From: Dehalococcoidia bacterium
GTDB lineage: Bacteria > Chloroflexota > Dehalococcoidia > GIF9 > AB-539-J10
DNA length: 64,000 nt
Direction: 5' to 3'
Assembly: GCA_030612025.1 (NCBI GenBank)
Contig: JAUWOR010000003.1
Location: forward strand, 64,001-128,000
The notes below the pieces were generated by a model, which was not told the origin of the DNA, searched no databases, and worked only from the letters and a program-made list of their open reading frames with translations. The position numbers and the translations under genes were made by a program. The stretch's first letter is position 1. Every line of letters begins with the position of its first letter. Of this stretch, positions 46,540 through 56,484 are shown one piece after another.

Positions 46540-48291
46540 ATGAAGGTCATATTGGCTGGATATGACAACATTAATTTTGCCAGAGCAGTGAACTTAAATA
46601 TGCATAACTTTGATACAGATGTTCTAGTTATCGGCGGTGGTGGGGCTGGGGCAATGGCTGCCTACGAAGCTAGCAAACATGGCGTAACCGTAACTATGGT
46701 CTTAAAGGGGGTACCGGAACGCTGCGGAAGCACTATAATGGCGCCAGGAGCAATTGCAGGTGTTGGTGATTGGCATTTGCCCGGTGACAGTCGTGATGTT
46801 CATTTCCGAGATACTGTTAAAGGCGGCTCTTTTTTAAATGAGCAGCGACTTGTGCGAATACTTGTAGAAGAATCCCCGGATCTGATTCTGGAATTGGAAA
46901 GAATTGGAGCTTTATGGCAGCGTGAAAATGATGGTCAAAATTACTCCTTGCGTATTGACGGTGGCCACTCTTTCCACCGTTGTCCATTCCTAGAGGACCG
47001 CACCGGTCGTGAAATGCTTCGTACTCTAGTTGGTGAGCTTCGTAAACGTAATGTGAAGATTTTATCAAATGTAATTATTTTAAAACTTCTCAATAATGGC
47101 GATAAAATTGTTGGAGCCGTAGGCTTAGATATCGAAACTTGCGAGCCGGTTCTTTTACGAGCCAAAGCTATTATCCTAGCCTGTGGAGGTGCTGGTAACC
47201 TTTACTTAAACACCAGCAACCCGACAGGCATTACTGGTGATGGTTACGCTCTTGCCTTAAGTGCTGGCGCAGTAGTCATGGATATGGAGTTTGTTCAGTT
47301 CTACCCCTTAGGTTTTCTTTTCCCACATTCCTTAAGGGGTGCTCTAGCAGCTTTGCTTTATTATGTTCATCTGCGAAATAACAAAGGTGAACGTTTTATG
47401 GAAAAATATGATGCCGCGCACCTGGAACTTTCAACCCGTGACAAAGTTGCCAGGGCCATCTATACTGAAATCAAAGAAGGTCATAGTGGCCCCCATGGTG
47501 GTATTTTTGCTGATATGACATACCATGAGCCTGGCTTTATTGCCAGGATGCAACCCGCCCTTTACAAAACTTATCAAAAGATCGGCATAGATCCGGAGAA
47601 AGATTACCTTGAAGTTGCCCCCACCTGTCACTTCATCATGGGCGGGGTAAAAGTGGATGAAAATTGGCAAAGTGCTGTGCTGGGACTCTTCGTAGCAGGC
47701 GAAACTGCAGCGGGTATGCATGGAGCTAACCGTTTGAGTCAGAATGCTCTTGCTGAGCTCCTCGTGACAGGGGCACGTGCTGGTAAAGCTTCAGCAAAAT
47801 TTGCGGCAAGTACCATTCAGTCTATTGTAGACCCTCGCGAAGCACTAGTTGCCACTGAACTGGCAAACCAGATGCTTGGTCGCGAGGAAGGTGTAAGACC
47901 CATAGACTTACGTAAACGTTTGCGCCAACTTATGTGGGAAAGGGTTAATGTTTTCCGGACAGAATCTGACTTGCGCAGTGCTCTAGAGGAGCTTAAAGAA
48001 CTTGAATCAGAATTGGGGAAACAATCCTTAGACTTAAAGTCCAGGCATTATAACCAGGAGTTGGTACAGGGCCTTGAGAATTACTTTTTAGTGACAGTAG
48101 CCCAATGTGTAGCCACGGCAGCCTTAAACCGTACTGAGAGTCGGGGTGCCCATTACCGGGATGATTATCCTGAAACAGATAACCATAACTGGCTACAACA
48201 TCTCGTCATACATGGAAGTGATGGCGGAATTAAAATGGAGAAAGTACCTGTAGACCTAAGGGAAATCAAGCCCGAGGAAGTAGGTTTATAA
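46540..48291 (+). CDS. SdhA/FrdA/TfrA-family flavoprotein (start probably 46600)
   Basis: GGGGAG, TGDG, HFIMGG, HGANRL, ESRGAHYR. Confidence 0.9.
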   Translation: MKVILAGYDNINFARAVNLNMHNFDTDVLVIGGGGAGAMAAYEASKHGVTVTMVLKGVPERCGSTIMAPGAIAGVGDWHLPGDSRDVHFRDTVKGGSFLNEQRLVRILVEESPDLILELERIGALWQRENDGQNYSLRIDGGHSFHRCPFLEDRTGREMLRTLVGELRKRNVKILSNVIILKLLNNGDKIVGAVGLDIETCEPVLLRAKAIILACGGAGNLYLNTSNPTGITGDGYALALSAGAVVMDMEFVQFYPLGFLFPHSLRGALAALLYYVHLRNNKGERFMEKYDAAHLELSTRDKVARAIYTEIKEGHSGPHGGIFADMTYHEPGFIARMQPALYKTYQKIGIDPEKDYLEVAPTCHFIMGGVKVDENWQSAVLGLFVAGETAAGMHGANRLSQNALAELLVTGARAGKASAKFAASTIQSIVDPREALVATELANQMLGREEGVRPIDLRKRLRQLMWERVNVFRTESDLRSALEELKELESELGKQSLDLKSRHYNQELVQGLENYFLVTVAQCVATAALNRTESRGAHYRDDYPETDNHNWLQHLVIHGSDGGIKMEKVPVDLREIKPEEVGL

Positions 48292-48292
48292 T

Positions 48293-49819
48293 GTGCAAAA
48301 GGGTAAAGTAACTATCTTACGCTATAACCCGGAAATAGATGGGCAACCCCATTATGGAACTTATGAGTTTCCTTTTGAGCCGGACATGAGCGTTTTGGAC
48401 GTAGCCTTTTATATATATGAAAAAATTGACGGAACATTTAGTTTTAGTTACTGCTGCCGCAATAGCCACTGTGGACTCTGTGGGGCAAAAATCAATGGGA
48501 AACCCGGCCTTATGTGCCGGGAAGCTGCCACGCAAGAAATGACCCTGGAGCCACTGGATAACCTCCCTGTAATCCGTGACTTGATGGTTGACCGGCAGGA
48601 ATACGAAAACCGCAAAGATAGCCTGCGTTTATTCTTAGACCGGGTAAATGTTCCCGCCAAACAGCCGGAAAAAATCGACCTTGAAGACTTAGAAAACTTT
48701 AAAGTAGCCAGCCGCTGCGTAGAATGCTACTGTTGCGTTTCCAGTTGTCCGGTATTGTATGAAAACAAACATGAATATTTAGGTCCGGCAGGTATGGTAC
48801 AGTTGGCCAGACATGCCTTTGACCCGCGTGACGAACTGAACCGTGATGTAGTAGCCTACAGCAGTGGATTGTATAACTGTACTACTTGTGGTAAATGTAC
48901 TGAAGTCTGTCCGCATAGTATTGCACCAGCAGAAATTATCCAGCTTTTACGCGCAAAGCTGGTGGCTAATGGCAGGGCCCCACGGGCTGTTAACCAATTA
49001 ATAGAGATGGTTAAAGATAGCCAAAAATCCTTCCGACCGCCTAAAGGCAAGAAATCCTTCTTGGAGCAAAATGCTAATGCAAGTGCTACGAAAGTCGGGC
49101 TCTTTGTTGGCTGCGTTATTGATTATGATGTTCGTCTAATGCCTATTGCTACAGCTGCTGTTAAGGTACTGCAAAATTTGGGTATAGAAATAGCCATTCC
49201 GCCTGAACAGGTTTGCTGCGGTATTCCCTTAAAAGAAGTTGGAGCTCACGAACAAATAAGGGAGCTAGTTACTAAAAACGTAGAAGCTTTTAAAAAAGCA
49301 AGCTGCAAGCAGGTAATAACAATTTGTAGCAGTTGTGGCCTAAGTGCTAAAAAAATTTGGCCAGAAATTTACCAAAAAACTACAGGCAATGGATTGCCTT
49401 TTGAGGTAAAAGATTTTTGTGAGTTCCTGGTAGAGAATTCTTTATCTCTAGAAGGTTTGCCAGGCCTTAAATTAAAGGCTACTTATCACGATCCCTGTTC
49501 GCTTAAACGGGGTCAGGGCGTATATGAAGAGCCGCGTCAAGTGCTTCGAGCTATTCCTGATTTGGATTTTGTAGAAATGCCTGAAGCTGACTACTGCTGC
49601 GGTGGCGGCGGCGGTTTGCGGTTAACAAATCTAGAAATCTCGCAATGCATTTTAAAGCGTAAAATGTCCTTTTTAAAAGACATGGATGTAGAGGCTATTG
49701 TTACCTGCTGCCCTACATGCATTAAACAGCTAACAGTAGGTCTGTCTAAGCAGCGTCTCCGTAGTATTAAGGTCTTGCACCCAGCTACTCTAGTGGCGCA
49801 GGCGATGGGATTAATCTAA
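48293..49819 (+). CDS. SdhB-like Fe-S fused to two CCG domains (TfrB/HdrD-like)
   Basis: CCRNSHCGLC, CVECYCCVSSCP, CTTCGKCTEVCP, VCCG, YHDPC, YCCG. Confidence 0.9.
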   Translation: MQKGKVTILRYNPEIDGQPHYGTYEFPFEPDMSVLDVAFYIYEKIDGTFSFSYCCRNSHCGLCGAKINGKPGLMCREAATQEMTLEPLDNLPVIRDLMVDRQEYENRKDSLRLFLDRVNVPAKQPEKIDLEDLENFKVASRCVECYCCVSSCPVLYENKHEYLGPAGMVQLARHAFDPRDELNRDVVAYSSGLYNCTTCGKCTEVCPHSIAPAEIIQLLRAKLVANGRAPRAVNQLIEMVKDSQKSFRPPKGKKSFLEQNANASATKVGLFVGCVIDYDVRLMPIATAAVKVLQNLGIEIAIPPEQVCCGIPLKEVGAHEQIRELVTKNVEAFKKASCKQVITICSSCGLSAKKIWPEIYQKTTGNGLPFEVKDFCEFLVENSLSLEGLPGLKLKATYHDPCSLKRGQGVYEEPRQVLRAIPDLDFVEMPEADYCCGGGGGLRLTNLEISQCILKRKMSFLKDMDVEAIVTCCPTCIKQLTVGLSKQRLRSIKVLHPATLVAQAMGLI

Positions 49820-49837
49820 AACGAGGTGATTTTAAAG

Positions 49838-49978
49838 ATGGCTAAAATTGATTTGACCTTAGCTAGTGGTGATTATGACAGGGTCCGCCTCTTGTGGGAC
49901 AGCGCTGTAAATGCCGAAGGTTTAAACTTAAATGCTATTTTATTGCCGGTTGAGGAGATTTTTCCACAAAATTCATAA
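49838..49978 (+). pseudogene. N-terminal remnant of 4,5-dihydroxyphthalate decarboxylase-like gene
   Basis: MAKIDLTLASGDYDRVRLLWDSAVNAEGLNLNAILLPVEEIF..*; GAGGTG RBS. Confidence 0.65.
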
Positions 49979-50101
49979 TAGCGCCCTTATTTGATTGCTT
50001 TTTAATTACCCTTCTGTTAACCTTTTAGAGAAAGGAGGGGTGATGCTATGTAGGAGTATAATAAAGGTGAAAAGAGCTAGGAGACTTAAATCTGAAAGGA
50101 G

Positions 50102-51433
50102 GTGAATCAATTGAAAAACAAAATATTGTTACTTTGCATGGCGTTCATATTAGTGGCGGCCTTTGCCCTTCCTGGTTGTGTGCCTGAAGTTGCTCCACCA
50201 GAGGAAGAGGAGGAAGAGGAAGAAGTGGAGGCAGTGAAAATCGGAGCGATATATCCGCTTACTGGATCATTAGCGGCTATTGGGACAGACATCAAGCATG
50301 CTGTGGAGTTAGCCGCAGATATCGTCAACAATTCCTATAACATTGACCTGCCCTTTGCCAGAGGCGAGGGGCTGCCGGGGTTGGGCGGTGCGCCGATCGA
50401 GGTAGTGTTCGCTGACTCCAAAGGCTCGCCCGAAACCGGCTTGGCAGAGGCTGAGCGGCTGATCGAGATGGAAGGTGTAGTAGCATTGATCGGAGCTTAT
50501 CAGAGCTCGGTTACCGAAACAGCAAGCTTCGCCGCCGAGCGATTAGCGATACCTTACCTTAACCCAGAGTCAACTTACCCCGGGCTCACTGATCGTGGCT
50601 TCAAATGGTTCTTCCGTAATACCCCTCATGACTATACATTCTCCGAGACTTTTTTCAAATTCCTCGAAGACCTGAAGGAGAAGGAAGGGCTCGACCATAG
50701 CGAAATAGAGAATGTGGCTATTCTTTATGAGGATACTCTCTTTGGCGTGGGTGTAGCAGATGCTGAGAAAGACTTAATTGCGGAAAAGTATCCTGCCGGC
50801 GCTGAATATAAGATTGTGGCTGACATAGCTTACGCTCACGAAGCTGCCAGCGTAACCAGTGAGGTGATGAAGCTCAAAGCTGCTAACCCTGACATAGTGT
50901 TTCAGGCATCCTACCTCTCAGATGCGTTGTTGTTCCAGAAGGAGTTCAAGGCATTAGACTTCAACCCTAAAGCTATCCTAGCCATGGATGCTGGCCACAT
51001 ACACCCTGATTTTGTTGGCACGCTTGGTGCCGATGCCAACTACATCTTCACTCGTGACGTATGGAGCTTGGATTTGAGTGCGATAAATCCGCTGATAGGA
51101 ATCGTTAATGACATGTACCACGAGCGCTACGGAAAGAATATGGACGGCACCACTGCGCGCAGTTTCACCGGGTTAATGACGATCGCTGATGCTATCAACC
51201 GCGCAGGCTCAACAGAGCCAGAAGCAATCAGGGAGGCTTTAGTCGAAACTGATATTCCGGCCGACCAGCTCATCATGCCCTGGAGAGGTGTTAAGTTTGA
51301 TGAAACTGGCCAGAACATGTATGGGGAAGGTGTCATCTCTCAGATAATTGACGAGTCATGGCATACAGTATATCCATCTGAGTTTGCCCTTAGAGACTGG
51401 GTCTACCCACAGCCAACCTGGGCGGAAAGATAA
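50102..51433 (+). CDS. Liv-type ABC substrate-binding lipoprotein
   Basis: Lipobox LPGC, KIGAIYPLTG, LIGAYQSSVT. Confidence 0.9.
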   Translation: MNQLKNKILLLCMAFILVAAFALPGCVPEVAPPEEEEEEEEVEAVKIGAIYPLTGSLAAIGTDIKHAVELAADIVNNSYNIDLPFARGEGLPGLGGAPIEVVFADSKGSPETGLAEAERLIEMEGVVALIGAYQSSVTETASFAAERLAIPYLNPESTYPGLTDRGFKWFFRNTPHDYTFSETFFKFLEDLKEKEGLDHSEIENVAILYEDTLFGVGVADAEKDLIAEKYPAGAEYKIVADIAYAHEAASVTSEVMKLKAANPDIVFQASYLSDALLFQKEFKALDFNPKAILAMDAGHIHPDFVGTLGADANYIFTRDVWSLDLSAINPLIGIVNDMYHERYGKNMDGTTARSFTGLMTIADAINRAGSTEPEAIREALVETDIPADQLIMPWRGVKFDETGQNMYGEGVISQIIDESWHTVYPSEFALRDWVYPQPTWAER

Positions 51434-51454
51434 ACCCAAAGGAGCGAAAGGGGA

Positions 51455-51492
51455 GGGGAAACGGGGCTGAGTTTGGGTCTCTCCGTTTCCCC
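51455..51492 (+). terminator. GC-rich hairpin after binding-protein gene
   Basis: ggggaaacgg...ccgtttcccc; weak U tract. Confidence 0.5.
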
Positions 51493-51539
51493 ATCTTATT
51501 AAAATGACTGCTTGATTAAATTTTTGCCTTCCTAAGAAG

Positions 51540-52421
51540 ATGTCAGAGCTATATATACAGGTGGTAATAGAGGGTTTGTTATGGGGAGCTATATATGCCT
51601 TAGTAGCTGTAGGTTTGAGCTTAATATGGGGCGTCATGGGCATACTCAACCTGGCACATGGCGATTTCTTGATGCTGGGTATGTTTGGTGCTTATTGGTT
51701 AGCTATCCTCACAGGCATTGACCCACTTATCGGGCTTCTGATTGTCACCCCGGCGATGTTCATATTGGGGCTGGGCATTTACAAGTCTCTCATTACCAGG
51801 ATAGTTAAAGCACCGAGATTGACAGCGCTACTGGCTACCTTCGGGTTGGGCATATTCCTGCGAAATTTAGCCCATTTTCTCTGGAGGGCAGACTATAGGA
51901 TGCTAGGGGACACATTGGTAGGCGACCGGGTAATAACAGTAAGTATTTTAGGCGGGACAAACTTCATTAGTGTGCCTAAATTGCTTGCTGCTGGTGGTAG
52001 TTTAGCCGCCACTGCTTTACTATACTGGTTCATTAAACACACCAAGACTGGCCGTGCCCTCCAGGCAACGGCGATGAACAGACAAGCTGCTGCTTTGATG
52101 GGGATAGATACTGAACGCATGTATATGCTAGCGTACGGCCTCGGTATAGCCTGCGTTGGTGTGGCAGGAACGCTTCTGACGAATTTTTTTATCATATTTC
52201 CCGAAGTAGGCATTATGTTTGTCTTGTTTGCCCTGGTAGCAGTGACGATTGGTGGCTTTGGTAGCATCCATGGCGCGCTTATAGGTGGGTTAATAATCGG
52301 GCTCATAGAGAGCGTAGGTGGCTTCGTGGGGATACCAGCGCTTAAACAGGCGCTAGTATTTGCCGTCTTTGTGATTGTTGTAGTGCTCCGTCCTCGAGGT
52401 TTATTCGGATGGGCAGATTAA
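51540..52421 (+). CDS. livH: Liv-type ABC permease
   Basis: GLSLIWGV..ILNLAHG, TGRALQA, GGFGS. Confidence 0.9.
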   Translation: MSELYIQVVIEGLLWGAIYALVAVGLSLIWGVMGILNLAHGDFLMLGMFGAYWLAILTGIDPLIGLLIVTPAMFILGLGIYKSLITRIVKAPRLTALLATFGLGIFLRNLAHFLWRADYRMLGDTLVGDRVITVSILGGTNFISVPKLLAAGGSLAATALLYWFIKHTKTGRALQATAMNRQAAALMGIDTERMYMLAYGLGIACVGVAGTLLTNFFIIFPEVGIMFVLFALVAVTIGGFGSIHGALIGGLIIGLIESVGGFVGIPALKQALVFAVFVIVVVLRPRGLFGWAD

Positions 52422-53419
52422 AACCACTGATGGTAAGACAACCGAGGATTTTCTGGCGTAAAAACTATATCTTTATTGTTGCTTTCGCATTGCTTTTAGC
52501 GCTTCCATTTATATTTACCGCCCACTTTCAACATCATGTAATGATAAAGGTGCTAATGTTTGCTTTTCTGGGCTGTGCCTGGAACATTATTGGCGGGTAC
52601 ACCGGTCAGGTAGCGCTCGGCCATGCGGCCTTCTTCGGCATAGGTGCCTATACCTCCTCTCTCTGCTACATCTGGTTCGGACTGAACCCTTGGTTTGGTA
52701 TGTTCTTAGGTGGCATTCTTGCTGTCGCTGTCTCTGCGGTTATTAATTACCCCTGCTTCAGACTTCACGGGCGCTATTTTGCTATCGCTACCTTAGCCCT
52801 TGGGATGATAATAAGATTACTCTTTACGAACTGGAGGTTAGTAGGAGGTGCTCTAGGTGTGCGGTTGCCACTGTTACCAGAATCGCTTTGGAATTTCCAG
52901 TTTCATACTACCAAATTGCCATATTATTATATTGCCCTGGTATTCTGTGCCTTGATTTTTGCTATTCTCTATAAGATAGAACGCTCGAAGCTCGGCTTCT
53001 ATTTAAGAGCGATAAAAGAATCGGAGGAGGCAGCCAGAAGTTTAGGTATCGATGTAGCCAAGTATAAACTTGCGGCTATGTCAATCAGTGTTTTTTTCAC
53101 TGCTATGGCCGGCACCCTCTATGCCCAGTATGTACTTTACATAGACCCCATCAGTCTCATGCCGCTGATGACCTCAATTCTGATCTGCGTGGTGCCTGTC
53201 CTTGGTGGCGCAGGCACTCTCTGGGGACCAGCGCTGGGGGCACCAATCCTATTGATAGCAATAGAGTATTCTCGTGCTTGGCTAGGTGGTGGTGGGCGTG
53301 GGATTGACTATATGATTGTTGGTGCTATCATGGTCGCAATCATATTCCGCCCTGGTGGATTAACCAGCTTTTTCCAAGGGCCTAGATTCCGCCAATGGTG
53401 GGGAAGGATAAGGGGATGA
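52409..53419 (+). CDS. livM: Liv-type ABC permease
   Basis: GYTGQVALGHAAFFGIGAY, LGGAGTLWGP. Confidence 0.9.
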   Translation: MGRLKPLMVRQPRIFWRKNYIFIVAFALLLALPFIFTAHFQHHVMIKVLMFAFLGCAWNIIGGYTGQVALGHAAFFGIGAYTSSLCYIWFGLNPWFGMFLGGILAVAVSAVINYPCFRLHGRYFAIATLALGMIIRLLFTNWRLVGGALGVRLPLLPESLWNFQFHTTKLPYYYIALVFCALIFAILYKIERSKLGFYLRAIKESEEAARSLGIDVAKYKLAAMSISVFFTAMAGTLYAQYVLYIDPISLMPLMTSILICVVPVLGGAGTLWGPALGAPILLIAIEYSRAWLGGGGRGIDYMIVGAIMVAIIFRPGGLTSFFQGPRFRQWWGRIRG

Positions 53420-54162
53420 AGCTTCTACAAGTGAAGGGTTTGACCAAAAAGTTTGCTGGCCTGGTGGCTAATGATTCTCTAGACCTGGAGATAGATCAAG
53501 GTGAGATTGTGGGCTTAATTGGGCCTAATGGTTCTGGCAAAACTACTTTTTTCAACTGCATCTGCGGCGTCTACCCCGTGACCAAAGGCTCTGTCAGATT
53601 TGAGGGGAGGGAGATAACTAATTTTCCGGCGCACAAAATCTGCAAAGGGGGCATCGCCAGAACCTTTCAATTGGTGAATACCTTGATGAACATGACAGCG
53701 TTGGAAAACGTGATGGTAGGCGCTTTTTGTCGAACTACAAACACCAATAGGGCAAGAGAAATCGCCGAAGAGCTACTAGCGTTTGCTGGCCTCCCAGAAA
53801 AGAAAGATATTCTTGGCGGCAGTCTAACTATTGCCGATAAGAAGCGACTTGAAGTTGCCAGAGCTTTGGCTACAAAACCAAGGCTCTTGCTTTTAGATGA
53901 AGCTATGGCAGGCTTGAACCCTACAGAGCAGAAGGAGGCTGTAGAGCTGATCCGGAGAATACAGCGAGAAGGGATCACCTTACTGGTGGTGGAACATGTA
54001 ATGCAGGTAATCATGCCGCTATGTGAGCGTGTAGTGGTGCTTGATGCTGGCAAAAAGATCGCCGCAGATGTGCCAGAGAGGATAGCTAACGACGAAAGGG
54101 TAATTAAAGCCTACTTGGGAGCGAGGTATTATGCCAAAAGAGCCACTCCTAGAAGTGAATAA
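53395..54162 (+). CDS. livG: ABC ATPase
   Basis: GPNGSGKT, IARTFQ, LLDE, EHVM. Confidence 0.9.
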   Translation: MVGKDKGMKLLQVKGLTKKFAGLVANDSLDLEIDQGEIVGLIGPNGSGKTTFFNCICGVYPVTKGSVRFEGREITNFPAHKICKGGIARTFQLVNTLMNMTALENVMVGAFCRTTNTNRAREIAEELLAFAGLPEKKDILGGSLTIADKKRLEVARALATKPRLLLLDEAMAGLNPTEQKEAVELIRRIQREGITLLVVEHVMQVIMPLCERVVVLDAGKKIAADVPERIANDERVIKAYLGARYYAKRATPRSE

Positions 54163-54850
54163 TATAGAGGTTCGTTATAACGAAATCCCAGCTATTTTTG
54201 ACGCCTCGTTTAAAATCGAGGCGGGGCAGATTGTAGCCTTAGTCGGGTCTAATGGTGCCGGCAAGACTACCATACTAAGAACTATATCGGGGTTGCTACA
54301 CAACACTAAGGGCGAAATAAAGTTCTTAGGCAGCAAAATCGATGGACAATTGCCGCACCATATTGCCGCTTTGGGCATCTCACATGTCCCGGAAGGGCGT
54401 GGGCTTTTTGGTAAGCTTACAGTAGTAGAGAACCTCTTACTCGGTGCCTACACGCGAAAGTCTGAACTAGAAATAACGGAGACTTTAGAAGAGGTATTCC
54501 AACTATTTCCCATTTTAAAGGAAAGAACAAGCCAAAAAGCGGAGACGATGAGCGGCGGTGAACAGCAGATGTTAGCCGTAGCTCGTGGATTGATGCCCAG
54601 GCCAAAACTCTTGATGCTTGACGAACCCTCGCTAGGGTTAATGCCCACAATGGTGGATAAAGTTATTGATGTCATAAAAATAATCAGCAAAAGGGGGACT
54701 ACCATTTTGTTGGTAGAGCAGGCAGTTCGAGATGCCCTAGAACTAGCAGATAAGGCATACGTGTTGCAAAACGGGCGAACAGTGCTGGAAGGAACGGGCG
54801 AGGAACTCTTAAATAGTGGCCTGGTGAAAAAGGCTTACCTAGGAATATGA
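54131..54850 (+). CDS. livF: ABC ATPase
   Basis: GSNGAGKT, MSGGEQQM, LDEPSLGL. Confidence 0.9.
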   Translation: MPKEPLLEVNNIEVRYNEIPAIFDASFKIEAGQIVALVGSNGAGKTTILRTISGLLHNTKGEIKFLGSKIDGQLPHHIAALGISHVPEGRGLFGKLTVVENLLLGAYTRKSELEITETLEEVFQLFPILKERTSQKAETMSGGEQQMLAVARGLMPRPKLLMLDEPSLGLMPTMVDKVIDVIKIISKRGTTILLVEQAVRDALELADKAYVLQNGRTVLEGTGEELLNSGLVKKAYLGI

Positions 54851-54904
54851 TAGGGAACCAAGTGGCTGGATGTTGACTAAATACTTGAAGAGGAGGATTT
54901 TATA

Positions 54905-55678
54905 ATGGCGAAGATTGATTTGAATTGCGATATGGGTGAAAGCTTTGGCGCTTATAAGTTAGGTTTTGATGAGGAAATAATCAAGTATGTGAGTTCAGCT
55001 AACATCGCCTGTGGCTTTCATGCCGGTGACCCAGTGGTGATGCAGCGGACAATAAGGCTGGCAAAGACATATGGAGTAAAGGTAGGGGCACATCCTGGCT
55101 ATCCAGACTTGCTGGGCTTTGGCAGAAGGAATATGGCAGTGGCAGCTACGGATGTGAAAGGTTACCTTGTTTATCAAATTGGTGCCTTGCAAGCTTTTGC
55201 CCGAGTTGAGGGCCTAGAACTGCAACATGTCAAACCACACGGCGCTTTATATAACATGGCAGTCAAGGACCCTAAATTAGCTCAGGCCATCGCAGAGGCG
55301 GTTAGGAGTTTAGGTAAAGGGCTGATTCTGGTTGTTCTAGCTGGATCAGCATGGGTTAATATAGCGAAAGAGCAGGGGCTAAGGGTAGCTGGCGAAGCTT
55401 TTGCCGACCGCGCTTATTCTGCTGATGGAAGCTTAGTGCCACGTAGCCAGCCAGGTGCAGTAATAAAAGATAAAAGGGAAGTGGCTGAACGAGTGATTCG
55501 CATGATAGAAGAAGGCCGGGTAAAAGCTATCACCGGTGAAGACGTCACCATTAAGGCAGATACGATTTGCCTCCATGGCGACTCTCCAGGTGCACTGGAG
55601 CTGGCTATACATCTGCGAAGTGCGCTAGGAGACAGAGGCATTAAGGTAGTGCCTCTAGAGGAGATAGTGAAGAAATGA
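54905..55678 (+). CDS. pxpA: 5-oxoprolinase subunit A
   Basis: DLNCDMGES, ANIACGFHAGDP, HVKPHGALYN, CLHGD. Confidence 0.95.
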   Translation: MAKIDLNCDMGESFGAYKLGFDEEIIKYVSSANIACGFHAGDPVVMQRTIRLAKTYGVKVGAHPGYPDLLGFGRRNMAVAATDVKGYLVYQIGALQAFARVEGLELQHVKPHGALYNMAVKDPKLAQAIAEAVRSLGKGLILVVLAGSAWVNIAKEQGLRVAGEAFADRAYSADGSLVPRSQPGAVIKDKREVAERVIRMIEEGRVKAITGEDVTIKADTICLHGDSPGALELAIHLRSALGDRGIKVVPLEEIVKK

Positions 55679-56460
55679 CACTAAACCTTGAAACGCCGAA
55701 GGAAATACGGGCAAGCATTCGCAGAGGTGAATGGACTAAGTCCACCCATGGGTTAGCTCCGGGATATGTTCAAGCGAACCTAGTAGTTTTGCCTCAGAAA
55801 CTAGCTTTTGAATTCTTGCTTTTTTGTCAGCGTAATCCTAAACCATGCCCAGTACTGGATGTCACCGAAGTCGGTGATCCAGAGCCTAAACTGGTGGCAC
55901 CAGGAGCAGATTTACGTACTGATATACCAAAATACCGTGTTTATGAGTATGGCGAGTTGAAAAGGGAAGCGACTGATATTCGCCCATTCTGGCAATCAGA
56001 TTCTGTTGCCTTCCTCTTAGGCTGCAGCTTGACCTTCGAAGCAGCACTCTTACAGGCAGGAATACCCCTCCGACATATCGAGGAGGGAAAAATCGTGCCC
56101 ATGTATATTACCAACATCCCTTGCCAGCCCGCCGGACGATTCCAGGGCCCAATGGTAGTGACCATGCGTCCTATACCGGAAAAGCGTGTTGTTCAGGCAA
56201 TACAGATCACGGCACGGTATCCCAAGGTGCATGGCGCACCGATACATATCGGCAAGCCAGAGTCCATCGGCATCAGTAATCTCAGTCAGCCTGATTTTGG
56301 CGATGCTATCAGAATAGAGCCTGACGAGGTGCCCTTATTCTGGGCTTGCGGTGTTACTCCACAAGCTGTAGCACAAAATGCTAAATTGCCTTTGCTGATC
56401 TCACATGCACCGGGACACATGTTCATTACCGACATACTTAATGAGGAGCTGTCTTTTTGA
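55675..56460 (+). CDS. DUF1445 putative hydro-lyase (D-glutamate cyclase family)
   Basis: FCQRNPKPCP, GCSLTFE, FWACGVTPQ, HAPGHMFITD. Confidence 0.9.
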   Translation: MTLNLETPKEIRASIRRGEWTKSTHGLAPGYVQANLVVLPQKLAFEFLLFCQRNPKPCPVLDVTEVGDPEPKLVAPGADLRTDIPKYRVYEYGELKREATDIRPFWQSDSVAFLLGCSLTFEAALLQAGIPLRHIEEGKIVPMYITNIPCQPAGRFQGPMVVTMRPIPEKRVVQAIQITARYPKVHGAPIHIGKPESIGISNLSQPDFGDAIRIEPDEVPLFWACGVTPQAVAQNAKLPLLISHAPGHMFITDILNEELSF

Positions 56461-56484
56461 TCTGAAGGAGGGTGAAGGGATACT

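Noticed and set aside
46417-46599. Possible riboswitch upstream of the flavoprotein
   Set aside because: Only short stems; no recognisable aptamer or terminator
50201-50224. Poly-Glu codon run as a contingency repeat
   Set aside because: Mixed GAG/GAA, in frame; ordinary acidic lipoprotein linker
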